64,000 nt of DNA, taken from assembly GCA_963717465.1 (NCBI GenBank), contig OY970340.1, forward strand, positions 704,001 to 768,000, given 5' to 3'. Origin of the DNA: Candidatus Bathyarchaeota archaeon. GTDB taxonomy: Archaea; Thermoproteota; Bathyarchaeia; Bathyarchaeales; Bathycorpusculaceae. The notes below the pieces were generated by a model. That model ran no database searches. It was not told the origin of the DNA and saw nothing but the letters and a program-made list of their open reading frames with translations. Of this stretch, positions 33,699 through 43,073 are shown piece by piece. Position 1 is the stretch's first letter; each line of letters opens with the position of its first letter. Position numbers and translations under genes: made by a program.

Positions 33699-35281
33699 TT
33701 ACCTTTTCACTTCTTTTGCCTGTGTTCCTTTTAGTAGTTTGGATAGAAGTTCCATTTTAAGCTGTGTTTGGACGTCAAAATTGCCTCTGTAAGCTTCATG
33801 GTCTTTGCCTAAATCATAGCACGTCTTGTCATCAATGTCAATAATTATTCCTGGCATACCTGCCTCTTCAAGTTCATCTTGATGTTTGCAGTAGAATGCT
33901 TCGCAACAGCAGCCGATAAAGCCCTTTGCGCCTGCTTTCTTTTTCTCAGATAGCGTGTCTCATTAAATGCTCGAAGTTTTGGATTGTAATTACGTCTTTT
34001 AGCCCAAGTTCTTCAGCCCATTTGTACACTTGCCCAACTGAGCATCGTCCGCATTTATTACAGCCTTCTATCCACTTGTACTTGCAATCGCTGGGTTTGG
34101 CACAGTAGGGTAAAAGGAGAAAATCATACCCGTTTTGCAATAGTTTTTTGTATTGGTTAGTTACGGGGTAAATGTGATTTGCATCTGGTAAACTGATTCC
34201 GAATGTTTCAAATGATGTTTTGTCGATTGCTTGAAGAATTAGCTGCAGAATTATTTCAGGTGTCACACCGGGCAAGCTGAATTTTTTTTTGAGCAAAGAA
34301 GTCAAAGACAATTTTCCTGATTTCATATGCGTCGCAGTGGACAAATTTCATGGTTGCTTCAAAGTCTAATATCGCTTTTGATGGGAAAACGAAGAAGTCA
34401 CCCGTTACAAGGATGCTCTTTATGATGTTGGTTCCTCTGTCAATCGCTAGTGAAACTCGAATTAGTCCTCCAGGAGTTTTAGCTATGGCGTGAACGACTG
34501 CTGCTTCGTTTAATGGTCTGCGGTCAAGGTAAATCCATTCTTCCGACTTAAAGTATGGCAATTTTTTTTCAAAAAGTTTCTTTTCGGCAATTTTTAGTTT
34601 GCCTGGTTCAAGTTTAATGTTTAATGTATGCTCAAAGCTTTTTTTTATGGCGGTTTTTATTTCTTCCAAGTTTGAGCTGTGTCCAAGTTCGCGGTCTATC
34701 CAAGTTACTCTTTCTTTGGCTGATTTTAGCTCCTTATCCTTCAGTTTTGCAATTGGGATTCTTAAGGCTCGAATCATCATCTCAACGTTGAAGTCTATAA
34801 GAAGCGTTCCTTGAAACAGGAAAGCATCTTCTCTTTCGACTCCTCCTGTCCCTGAAATTTTTCTTCCTTTTACTTCTATGTCGTTTTTAGGGCGGTAAGT
34901 TGCTGGGATGCCGATTTTTTTTAATGCTTCAATTGCACCCTTGCACATTAACTGAAAAAGCCTTTCAACGTTAGTGTATTCAGGTACCGATTTGCGCAAT
35001 GCTACGATTTCCCATCCGAGCACTTTTTCGTCAAAAAGCAGTGCGCCTCCTCCTGTTAATCTTCGATTGAAATCAATGTTGTTGCTTTTGACGTAGTCAA
35101 GGCGGACTTCATGTTCAATGTCTTGATGATAACCCACTAAGGCTGCTGGAGGACTGAATTGGAGAAAGCGAAATGTGTTCGGGGCGATATGTTTTGATAC
35201 TGCTTCCAGAATTATGTCATCAAGTGTCATGTTTTCTGCGGCAGTCATATGTCCCGTGTCTAAAAATCGCCATTTCTTCAC
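33699..35281 (-). CDS. lplA: lipoate-protein ligase A (LplAB-like) with C-terminal Cys-rich DUF116-like domain, frameshifted
   Basis: WRFLDTG, RRLTGGGA, RPKNDI, RKISGTG, FQGTLL, KTPGGLI, TGDFF; tail LPYCAKP..C..C..C..C and IGCCCEAF to stop at 33699. Confidence 0.88.
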
Positions 35282-36330
35282 CTTACAAGCCGCTCCGTCG
35301 ATGAATCGATTATTTCTTGCTTGTTCTTTAAAGATTCAATATCCTGCCAGATAAGCGAGCAGCATTCTTCGTGGAAAATTGTTTTTAGTCCTGCTTTCAT
35401 GGCTGTTTTAGGGGCTTCTTCGCTTGGGTAAGCGATGCCGTTTATTCCTGCCTTAATCGCCAGCACGTCAGTTTTAACCCTGTGAATCCCTCCAGGTCTT
35501 GCGCATCCTAATAGTATTGGCTTATTAGGCATAAGATGTCTGCAAGCCAAAATCACACGAGCAACATCTAAGGCAGAAGGAGGTTTCACTTGCTCCATTG
35601 ACGTGTTTTTTAGCGGTTTTAAGGCGACAATAACTACTGCAGTGGGGTTTGTTTCCGATATTATTTGAACAGCTTTTTTTTCGCCTTTAAGTTTGCCATA
35701 ATGTATCCCAACCACTATATGGGGCACCGTTGGAATGTTGTTTTGCTGTAATGAAATAAGCGATTGCTTAAAAACATCTATGTCGCAATCAAGATGGTAA
35801 ACGTCCTTAATTGTTTCTTCATTACCTAGCACATCCAGCATTGCCGCATCAATATGTGCTTTGGCTAATGCTTTGGCGAGTGAAGGCGAAATAAGCCCAG
35901 TGTGAACAACAACCTTTAGGTCGAGTTCCTCTTTTACTCGCTTTATTGTGGGAACAAATTCTGTTAGTGGAACAGCGCCTTCCTTTTGGCTTCCGCCGCT
36001 TATAAGACACCCTTGACCTCCAAGTTGTTTAATTTTTAGGCATTGATTGAATAATTCTTGAGGATTAGTGGCGGGAATCATGCTTTCAAGCAATGATTTT
36101 TTGCAGTGTTCACAGTTTAGTTGACAATTTTTTCCGGTAACCGAAATTGCAGGAAAACTTTGGCAGTTCTTAGTTTGGTAGACCTGTGTGTCATACTGTA
36201 CCATGCTTGGAATGTAAAAGTGGATTTCGTCTGAAAAATTTTTACACCTTAAGGCAATGGCTTCATCAAATAGAGTCTTCAGACGGTTGAAGGGTTCGTT
36301 GAAACATTGGTTAATGGTTTTTTCAGCCAA
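35278..36330 (-). CDS. lipS1: radical SAM lipoyl synthase component LipS1 (Thermococcus TK2109-type)
   Basis: CQLNCEHC radical SAM motif plus LGCARP and EECC motifs recalled as characteristic of LipS1; adjacent to ligase. Confidence 0.82.
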   Translation of the reverse strand: MAEKTINQCFNEPFNRLKTLFDEAIALRCKNFSDEIHFYIPSMVQYDTQVYQTKNCQSFPAISVTGKNCQLNCEHCKKSLLESMIPATNPQELFNQCLKIKQLGGQGCLISGGSQKEGAVPLTEFVPTIKRVKEELDLKVVVHTGLISPSLAKALAKAHIDAAMLDVLGNEETIKDVYHLDCDIDVFKQSLISLQQNNIPTVPHIVVGIHYGKLKGEKKAVQIISETNPTAVVIVALKPLKNTSMEQVKPPSALDVARVILACRHLMPNKPILLGCARPGGIHRVKTDVLAIKAGINGIAYPSEEAPKTAMKAGLKTIFHEECCSLIWQDIESLKNKQEIIDSSTERLVR

Positions 36331-36361
36331 ATACGACCCATCTTTTAGCAGAATGCCTGAT

Positions 36362-37481
36362 TTATGACAAGCAACTTATGCAGTTGCTGCATCCGAGTCC
36401 TTCCGCCCATTCTTTAACTGGGACATCGGAGTAGTCCAGCAGTTGTTTTCTAATTACTACTATGTCTTCGTTGTTAGGCGTGAAGGGATAATTTCGCATT
36501 TCACCCATGTAAGCTTGATACGGAGTGTAGTCTCCAAAGGGTCTGTTGCAAGCGTTATCTTTGGTTTTACTGGCACATCCCGATGTCATAAAGGGTAATC
36601 CACCCTTTATTTCATCGTTCAAGATTTCTTTGTCGACATTGTAGTTTGTAACTTTGCCTTCATCATTAAACGAGATCTGGTTTATAGTGATTTTTCCTTT
36701 ATTAATGAGATATCGCGCAAGCTGTACCCGACGATAATGCCCAATGGGTGGTTGAAGACAATCCTGCATTTGCGACTCTTCTTCTGCGAAGAACGAGAAC
36801 AGGTGAGTTGTCGCCCCGAGGTCATACGCGTTTTGGATTGCTTGTATCATTTGCTTTTCAGTTTCGCCTAAACCGACAATTAAGTGTGTTCCGACGTTGT
36901 ATTGCCCGAAGATTTCTACTGTATCTTTAACTATTTTCCAGTAGTGTTCCCATTTATGTGGGCCTTTGACGCCTTTGCCTCGGAACTTATCAAACAATTC
37001 CGGAGTGACAGCGTCAATGGCTATTCCTATCTTGTCTGAGCCTGCATCTTTGAGTTTAGTTAGCCAGTCTTTGTTAATAATTGTAGGCGCTACCAATGTG
37101 GAAATAGCATCCGTTTTTTTCCGTAATTGTTTAACAATTTTTAGTGTATCTTCTTTTGCTCTCACGTTTGTAACCATCGAAACACAAACCCGTTCAATAT
37201 GAGAGCATCCTTTACTACCCATTCTTTCCAAGATTTCGTTCAAGCTTACGGTTGGCCAGTCAACCCTGATGAAACTTTGCTGATTCCACTTCTTAGAATT
37301 ATGTCGTCGCGCCTGATAACCCGCAGTATGCGCATTTTCCAACGCAGCCTTCGTTGTAGGTCAGTAATAGGTTGAGGCAGTAGAGTTTTGCATCTCGAAA
37401 GAATTTGCCTTCTGCTAAGCCCATTGTCATGGCTGCAGCATGGCTTACGCGCACGTATTCTGGGGATTCGTAACTATTCAA
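36362..37481 (-). CDS. lipS2: radical SAM lipoyl synthase component LipS2 (TK2248-type), one frameshift near 37310
   Basis: SPEYVRVS.AAA.TMG, CVGKCAYC, FIRVDWP, HLIVGLGETE, TSGC..ACNRP motif. Confidence 0.82.
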
Positions 37482-37954
37482 TTCTTGGCACCTTTCAGAA
37501 TTGTAATATCCTGTGATATATGAACTGGTGCTCCATTCTGCAGGGCTCTTAATGCGAAACTTGAGTTCTTTGTTATTTCAACGCATCTTTGGGCTCTAGC
37601 TTTGTCGGCTTCATTTGCTGTTTCAACATGAAAGACGGCGTCGACGCCGATTAATTCATAGCCGTTGGCGCCTAGTTTGACTACGGCGTTGACTGTAACT
37701 TTTAGGCTTTTAATTTTAAGTCTCATTCTCTCCTTCGTGTACAGGAAAGTTGTTAGTAAACAACCTCCAATTGACGAGAAGAAGAGTGCACATGGGCTGA
37801 CAAATTTGCCTTTTCCACCAAACTCAGTAGGCCTGTCTAAGCTAAACTCATGAACAGGGCTTCCTTGATTATCGCCAACATGTACTTTTCCACCGCTTTT
37901 TCCATCCCACTCAATCTCAGCAGAATACTCCAAACTATTCGGGATGGAAATCAA
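37478..37954 (-). CDS. OsmC/Ohr-family protein
   Basis: DRP.EFGG.G...SP..LF.SS.GGCL.TT motif; overlaps the lipS2 start (ATGA). Confidence 0.8.
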   Translation of the reverse strand: MISIPNSLEYSAEIEWDGKSGGKVHVGDNQGSPVHEFSLDRPTEFGGKGKFVSPCALFFSSIGGCLLTTFLYTKERMRLKIKSLKVTVNAVVKLGANGYELIGVDAVFHVETANEADKARAQRCVEITKNSSFALRALQNGAPVHISQDITILKGAKN

Positions 37955-38016
37955 AAACTTCAGCCTTTAAAAAACTAAAATTATTGGTTGTGTTTTACTG
38001 GAAAATATAAGAGGGA

Positions 38017-38445
38017 TTATTTTTTGACTCTTGTTTCAATTTCTTTTTTGTACCATTCAACGGATGCTTCGCCATGTACCAAGGCTTCCATTTCTTCAGG
38101 CTTTGTTGGCTTTAATATGGCTATCCAGCCTTCACCGTAAGGGTCATCGTTAATCAATTTTGGTGTTGCTCGTAGTTTTGCATTTACTTCATCAACTGTG
38201 CCTGTAACTGGAGATTCGACTGCACCAACCCATTTTTGGCTTTCAATGTTTGCGACTGCCTTCCCTTGTTCGATTGCTGTGCCTTTTGGTTTAGCGCGGA
38301 CAAACATCAATTGTTGAGCAAGCTTTTGTCCTAAATCAGTTATTCCAACTCTTATTCTGCCGTCTGGTTCTTTTTTTGCCCAAGTTACTCCTCTTGGCCA
38401 ATAGTTAAGGTCTTCTTTAAGTTCATATTCTCCAACTTTAACCAT
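38017..38445 (-). CDS. gcvH: lipoyl-carrier protein (GcvH/LbpA-like)
   Basis: RVGITD, IESQKWVG lipoyl-lysine site, SPVTGTV.EVN, INDDPYGEGWI. Confidence 0.9.
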   Translation of the reverse strand: MVKVGEYELKEDLNYWPRGVTWAKKEPDGRIRVGITDLGQKLAQQLMFVRAKPKGTAIEQGKAVANIESQKWVGAVESPVTGTVDEVNAKLRATPKLINDDPYGEGWIAILKPTKPEEMEALVHGEASVEWYKKEIETRVKK

Positions 38446-38711
38446 ATCTCTTCAACCCATTCCTTAAGTGTTAAGTTGTTATACCTTGTTCTTAGTTGAT
38501 AAATATTTTGGGACTGACCTAATATTGATTTCTAAATAAGGCTCAGTAAAATTGTCGGCAAAACTACTCAAGTAAAAATTCGGTGGATTAATAGATTATT
38601 CCATGTGATGACCTGATATTTTTTCAATATCTTCGTGATTTGTAAACATCTTCGAATTTACCCATAAGGTTCTTTTTGGAGTTTAAGAATATATTACAAG
38701 AGGAATAAGAA

Positions 38712-39230
38712 ATGGAGTTTGATAATGTTGTTGCTTCAAGGAAGAGCGTTCGAGATTTCTTGAGCAAGGACGTTGAAGATGAAAAATTAATGAAGATTTT
38801 GGAGGCGTCGAGATGGGCACCTTCTTGGGAGAACCATCAAAGCTGCCAGTTCATTGTAGTGAGAGATAAAGCTATCATACAAAAATTGTGCCTTTTTGAA
38901 AATGTACCTGTTCTTTTAGTTGCTTGCGCGAATCCTGAGGAGTCAGGCCAATTGAATGGCATGGACTATTATCTTGTGGATGTTGGCATATGCACCCAAC
39001 AGCTTGTTTTAGCTGCAACTAATCTGGGTCTTGGAACATGCTGGACAGGCTTTTTCAACGAGGAAGATACCAAGAAAATGTTGCAGGTACCTGAAAATAT
39101 TAAGATAGTAGCGTTAATACTATTAGGTTATCCTGATCCCGCTGGCACCATCGGCAAAGACTTGAGAGAAATGGTTAAGGGTGACACTAGAAAACCGCTT
39201 GAAGAAATGATCCACAAAGAAAAATGGTGA
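38712..39230 (+). CDS. nitroreductase family protein
   Basis: SRKSVRDF, WAPSWEN.Q, LAATNLGLGTCW, LGYP, RKPLEE. Confidence 0.92.
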   Translation: MEFDNVVASRKSVRDFLSKDVEDEKLMKILEASRWAPSWENHQSCQFIVVRDKAIIQKLCLFENVPVLLVACANPEESGQLNGMDYYLVDVGICTQQLVLAATNLGLGTCWTGFFNEEDTKKMLQVPENIKIVALILLGYPDPAGTIGKDLREMVKGDTRKPLEEMIHKEKW

Positions 39231-39485
39231 CAAATCGGACTAAACGCTAAAGCTTTGCCAGTTCACCTACACTTCTTGTAAACTCATCTTGTTTTAAAGC
39301 AGCCCCTGCATGCACCAAATCAGGGCATTCACCCGGGACTTTACGGAACCCTGAATAAGCAGCCAAGTGAATGCATTCCATCTTCATCTGAATCTAAATT
39401 GCGCTTGCCTAATTATGCGCTTAGTTACCTGGATGGCGGGCAAGCTAAGTTTTGCAAGCAAGAAAAAATAAGCAAAGATGTGCGA

Positions 39486-39968
39486 TCAAAAGCGAGGTTG
39501 AAATAAACCATCGTCAATGTTATTTTTAATATCCGCTGGTGGTGGCTGTGGCTTTACAGGTGGTAGACCTGGAAACTCTTTTCTTATGGTCATCCATGCT
39601 ATCTTTAATGGTCTTTCCATGCTCTCTAGAAAGAATACGACGTCATCGTTTCCACCTAAAGTTACCAGTATCTCGCTGTTTATTAACAGGGCAACCATGT
39701 AAGACTCTCTGCCTTCCAAGCAATGTTTCAGTATCTGCACTGCTACATATTCCATAATCAGTGTTGGCTCTTTTACTGCTCCTTTGTGTACTGTTATTTT
39801 GTCTTGATGTGCTTCAATTTGCAAGTTGGCTTTAGGGCAATCTGCAAACCGGATTTCAACAACCATTTCACAGCCTTTAAAGGCTTCAAGAGCTGCAGGG
39901 TCTACACTAGCAATCGTGAATAATCGATGCATGAAGTCCAATAGCTTTGGTTCAATATCAGTTGACAT
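39486..39968 (-). CDS. SCP2-like small protein, paralog of 43820-44227
   Basis: aligns by eye with the 43820 protein over its whole length; pattern resembles SCP2 sterol-carrier fold (fold inferred). Confidence 0.65.
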   Translation of the reverse strand: MSTDIEPKLLDFMHRLFTIASVDPAALEAFKGCEMVVEIRFADCPKANLQIEAHQDKITVHKGAVKEPTLIMEYVAVQILKHCLEGRESYMVALLINSEILVTLGGNDDVVFFLESMERPLKIAWMTIRKEFPGLPPVKPQPPPADIKNNIDDGLFQPRF

Positions 39969-40064
39969 ATCATGTCCTCAACACTTTGATATTTTAACTA
40001 AGTACAATAAAAAGGTAATAAAAAAATTTAACTTATTTATGATAGTCTTTCAGGCTTTCCAAGA

Positions 40065-41093
40065 TTACTTCTTCGGTACGTACTCTTTAGCTGCTTCGAC
40101 GAAAGCTTTTACGTTCGCAAGTGGGACTACTGATGAGATTCCGCATCCTGGCTCCAGCAAATCAGCGCCTGCCTGTAATGCATTCATTGCTTCAGCTTTT
40201 ACTTCAGCCGGTGTACCAAAGACTAGTGTCTTCTTTGAGGATACGTTGCCTAAGATTTTAACGTCACCGACTAAGTTCTTAATGTTAGCAATGTTTACAG
40301 CTTCTTCTATGCTTATGCCATCGAACCCTGAATCGACCATTTCAGGAATTAGTTTTTCTGTTCGCCCGCAAATGTGCAAGACTCTAATTCCGCCTAAGTT
40401 GTCAGTTAAATCGAGTAGTACGGGTTTTACAAATTTCTTGTACCAATCTACGCTTATCATTTCAAGTGACGCCATTGGCTCAGCAATACATACAATGTCA
40501 GCACCTGCTTGAAATTGCGCTTTTGCATATTGCAAAACGAAATCGTATCCAAATTTAGTGTATGCCTTGATGTTGTCAGGAGATCTTACAATCCATTTCA
40601 AGAAAGTTTCTATTCCTGGTAACTCTCCGGCAATTGTGAACGGTCCAACTACGTGACTTGCAATTGGTAGATAATCGCCTACTTGTTTCCTTAATAGTCT
40701 GATGGCTTCCAGCACAACGGGAATTCTGCCTAATTCGAGAATGTTTTCAGGCATTTTTAAGTCTTCGGGTTTCGCAAAGGGATGTCCTTTTACTGCAGGA
40801 AGATGCTCGGGGCTATCGAACCATTTGACCTCGCATCCTAATGCTTCAGCTTCTACCACGAAATCGAAGGGAACCCTGACACATTCGACGCCAGCTAATT
40901 CATAGCTAGCTATAGCTAGTTTTGCCATCTTTTCCGCGTTTTTGTGGGCGTCTGGCCAGAATATTCCAGTAGCGTTTTGCATATCAACGTTAACTGTTCC
41001 TCCACATCCCGCAACTGAAGTCGCTGGTATCCTATCAACAGGCCCTCCTAACAGGGCAGCCATAACTCGTCGTTTAGGGCTAAATTTTTTCAA
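40065..41093 (-). CDS. mtaA: MtaA/CmuA-family methylcobamide:thiol methyltransferase (MT2, UROD superfamily)
   Basis: WPDAH..AEKMAKLA, VRVPFD..VEAEALG, GRIPVVLEAI, VGPFT, Zn ligands LHICG and PGCGI. Confidence 0.9.
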   Translation of the reverse strand: MKKFSPKRRVMAALLGGPVDRIPATSVAGCGGTVNVDMQNATGIFWPDAHKNAEKMAKLAIASYELAGVECVRVPFDFVVEAEALGCEVKWFDSPEHLPAVKGHPFAKPEDLKMPENILELGRIPVVLEAIRLLRKQVGDYLPIASHVVGPFTIAGELPGIETFLKWIVRSPDNIKAYTKFGYDFVLQYAKAQFQAGADIVCIAEPMASLEMISVDWYKKFVKPVLLDLTDNLGGIRVLHICGRTEKLIPEMVDSGFDGISIEEAVNIANIKNLVGDVKILGNVSSKKTLVFGTPAEVKAEAMNALQAGADLLEPGCGISSVVPLANVKAFVEAAKEYVPKK

Positions 41094-41230
41094 TTACTTT
41101 CCTCCTTTTCTTTCAAAATTAATCTTGCGTACCTAATAAGATTTCCGTAAAGAAGGCAAAACTATCCTGTGAGCAAAATAATATGGCGGAAAGATGTTTT
41201 TCAGGCAAAGTTCATGGGTTTGTTGTTTTA

Positions 41231-41260
41231 CAAGTTTTCAAATGTTCAAGTTTTCAAAGT
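41231..41260. repeat. direct repeat CAAGTTTTCAAA x2 (16-bp period) in the divergent mtaA/mttB intergenic region
   Basis: copies at 41231-41242 and 41247-41258. Confidence 0.55.
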
Positions 41261-41476
41261 TTGCTGGCGAAGTTGCGCTAAGTTAAGAAATAGAATTGTT
41301 ACTTGCTATAGTGTGCATCGTTAAACTTGTTTGGCGTACCCTGCAGCATGTTCTATTGATTGTGCGGGTGAGAAAAGCTTGTTAAAAGTTTTTTTGAAGC
41401 ATTTATAAGGCTTTTGTCGACTTATCGCAAAAATATAAATACCTGCAAGCCCAACCAAGGTATTAGGTGAATAAAA

Positions 41477-43048
41477 TTGAGACTTGGAATTAATATTCCT
41501 AAACGATTCGCTCCACCTATAGCAACAGACGAGGAGCTTATGAAAATCCATCAAGCCGCAATGTATCTATTACAGAACGTTGGAATTGGAGGAGTCACTC
41601 CTAAACTACAGAAATTGTTCAAGGATCTAGGCTGTACTGTTATTGACGAGAAGAAAGGCGTTGTTACGATACCTCAACATCTTGGAATGGAAGGCATAAA
41701 TGCGATACCAACTACGAACATTTTGCCCGGTAGGGTACCCGCAAACGACATTGTCTTGGAAGCTGGAAGCCGAAGATGTTTTGCTGGGGCTTTCGGAATC
41801 ATGGCCCTTTACGCAAAATTTAATCCGAGCAACCGAAACTTTGAGTATCGAGACGGAGTTGATGCTGACAACTGGAGAGAACAGAAGGTTACTGAGTACT
41901 TCCCAGAATTCGACATGGTAAGCCCAATTTACCTGCCTATGGACTTGGCAGAGGCAGGCTTGCCAGTGGACACTCATGACCTCAACAGCACCATTCAGTG
42001 CACTACCAAGCATATTTGGCACATTGACGCAATTGACCATATTGACTGCTACACTGAGTTAGCCGCTGAAGTTCTCGGAGGAATGGACGAAGTTGCGAAG
42101 AGACCATTCATTACTAACCATGGAGACACACCAGGCATCGTTTACGGTCAAAAGACCAGTGACAGAATGTACGCAACTGTAGAAGGCTGGCAAAAAGGCA
42201 GGCCTCTGATGATAGACTTCACTGATGTTTGCATACCTGGGTTCCAGGGTCCCCTTAGCTTAACAGGAGCTTACGCAGTGACCGTTGCTTGCGACATTTC
42301 AATGGCAGTAGGTTTAGCTCTAGGAATGAACGGAGTTGGAAAAGGGCGTATCCCCGACATGACCTACGCACTAGTCATGGCCATGGACGCATACACACAA
42401 CAGTTAGGATGCATGACTGAATTTACCAAGTGTCTAGCTCTACACGCGAACTTCTGGCACCGCAACTACCCAACACCAAAAGCTACCATGTGGCCAGGTG
42501 TAACCATTGGAGGTAACATGGGTAATGCAGATACACAAGGTGGTATGTTTACTTACCATTTGATGAACGCCATGCAGAGCGGTACTGATCAGTTCGGATG
42601 TTGGCCCACAACCGTAGGTCCAAACGGAATTAGGATGGCAAGTCACACCATCAACGCTGAATGTATCCGAATGTTTACACACATGTTCCAAGACCTTGAC
42701 TTCGGCGCTTCAAACTTCGCGTATGAAAAATGGCTCAAGAAAGGTCCAAGAGGCGACTTCATGAAGGAACCTGAAACTCTCAAAGGAATGGCAGACATTG
42801 GTTTCATGCCCATGAGACACGGTTACGGACTATATGAAACAAGGCAATGGCTACGATGGATTGAAGACAGACTCGGCTTAGATGACCGCGCAGAAGCTTT
42901 GACTGCAAAGATTATAAAGGAATATCCAGCTCCACTACCACCAAAAGACGTAGCTGACAAAATGAATGCAATAATCACTAAATACGACAAGGTACTACAA
43001 ATCGGCGGCTATCAAGTAGACGTAAAGGGAACCGGAGCAAGATTCTAA
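41477..43048 (+). CDS. highly divergent trimethylamine methyltransferase (MttB/COG5598) family protein, no pyrrolysine codon
   Basis: EL.KIHQAA..LL.NVG, TTKH, PGFQGPLSLTGA, D.QGG, GP.GDF..PETL, W..W......DRA, PLP.DV..K...II; followed by a corrinoid protein gene. Confidence 0.8.
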   Translation: MRLGINIPKRFAPPIATDEELMKIHQAAMYLLQNVGIGGVTPKLQKLFKDLGCTVIDEKKGVVTIPQHLGMEGINAIPTTNILPGRVPANDIVLEAGSRRCFAGAFGIMALYAKFNPSNRNFEYRDGVDADNWREQKVTEYFPEFDMVSPIYLPMDLAEAGLPVDTHDLNSTIQCTTKHIWHIDAIDHIDCYTELAAEVLGGMDEVAKRPFITNHGDTPGIVYGQKTSDRMYATVEGWQKGRPLMIDFTDVCIPGFQGPLSLTGAYAVTVACDISMAVGLALGMNGVGKGRIPDMTYALVMAMDAYTQQLGCMTEFTKCLALHANFWHRNYPTPKATMWPGVTIGGNMGNADTQGGMFTYHLMNAMQSGTDQFGCWPTTVGPNGIRMASHTINAECIRMFTHMFQDLDFGASNFAYEKWLKKGPRGDFMKEPETLKGMADIGFMPMRHGYGLYETRQWLRWIEDRLGLDDRAEALTAKIIKEYPAPLPPKDVADKMNAIITKYDKVLQIGGYQVDVKGTGARF

Positions 43049-43073
43049 GGAGACAAAAAAGAAGGAATCATTT

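Noticed and set aside
35278..37481. Biotin synthase (bioB) or classical LipA annotation
   Set aside because: GCAR/CC and TxGC...CNRP motifs and the ligase plus lipoyl-carrier context fit LipS1/LipS2; the LipA CX4CX5C motif is absent
39826..40512. 228-aa plus-strand ORF
   Set aside because: Antisense shadow of mtaA and SCP2a with no protein-like motifs; the same applies to 47457-48035, 5547-5969 and similar antisense ORFs
39245..41470. Cobalamin riboswitch near the corrinoid genes
   Set aside because: No recognisable B12-box or conserved GGGAA...GGTG.AA.TCC core seen by eye; an Rfam scan would settle it
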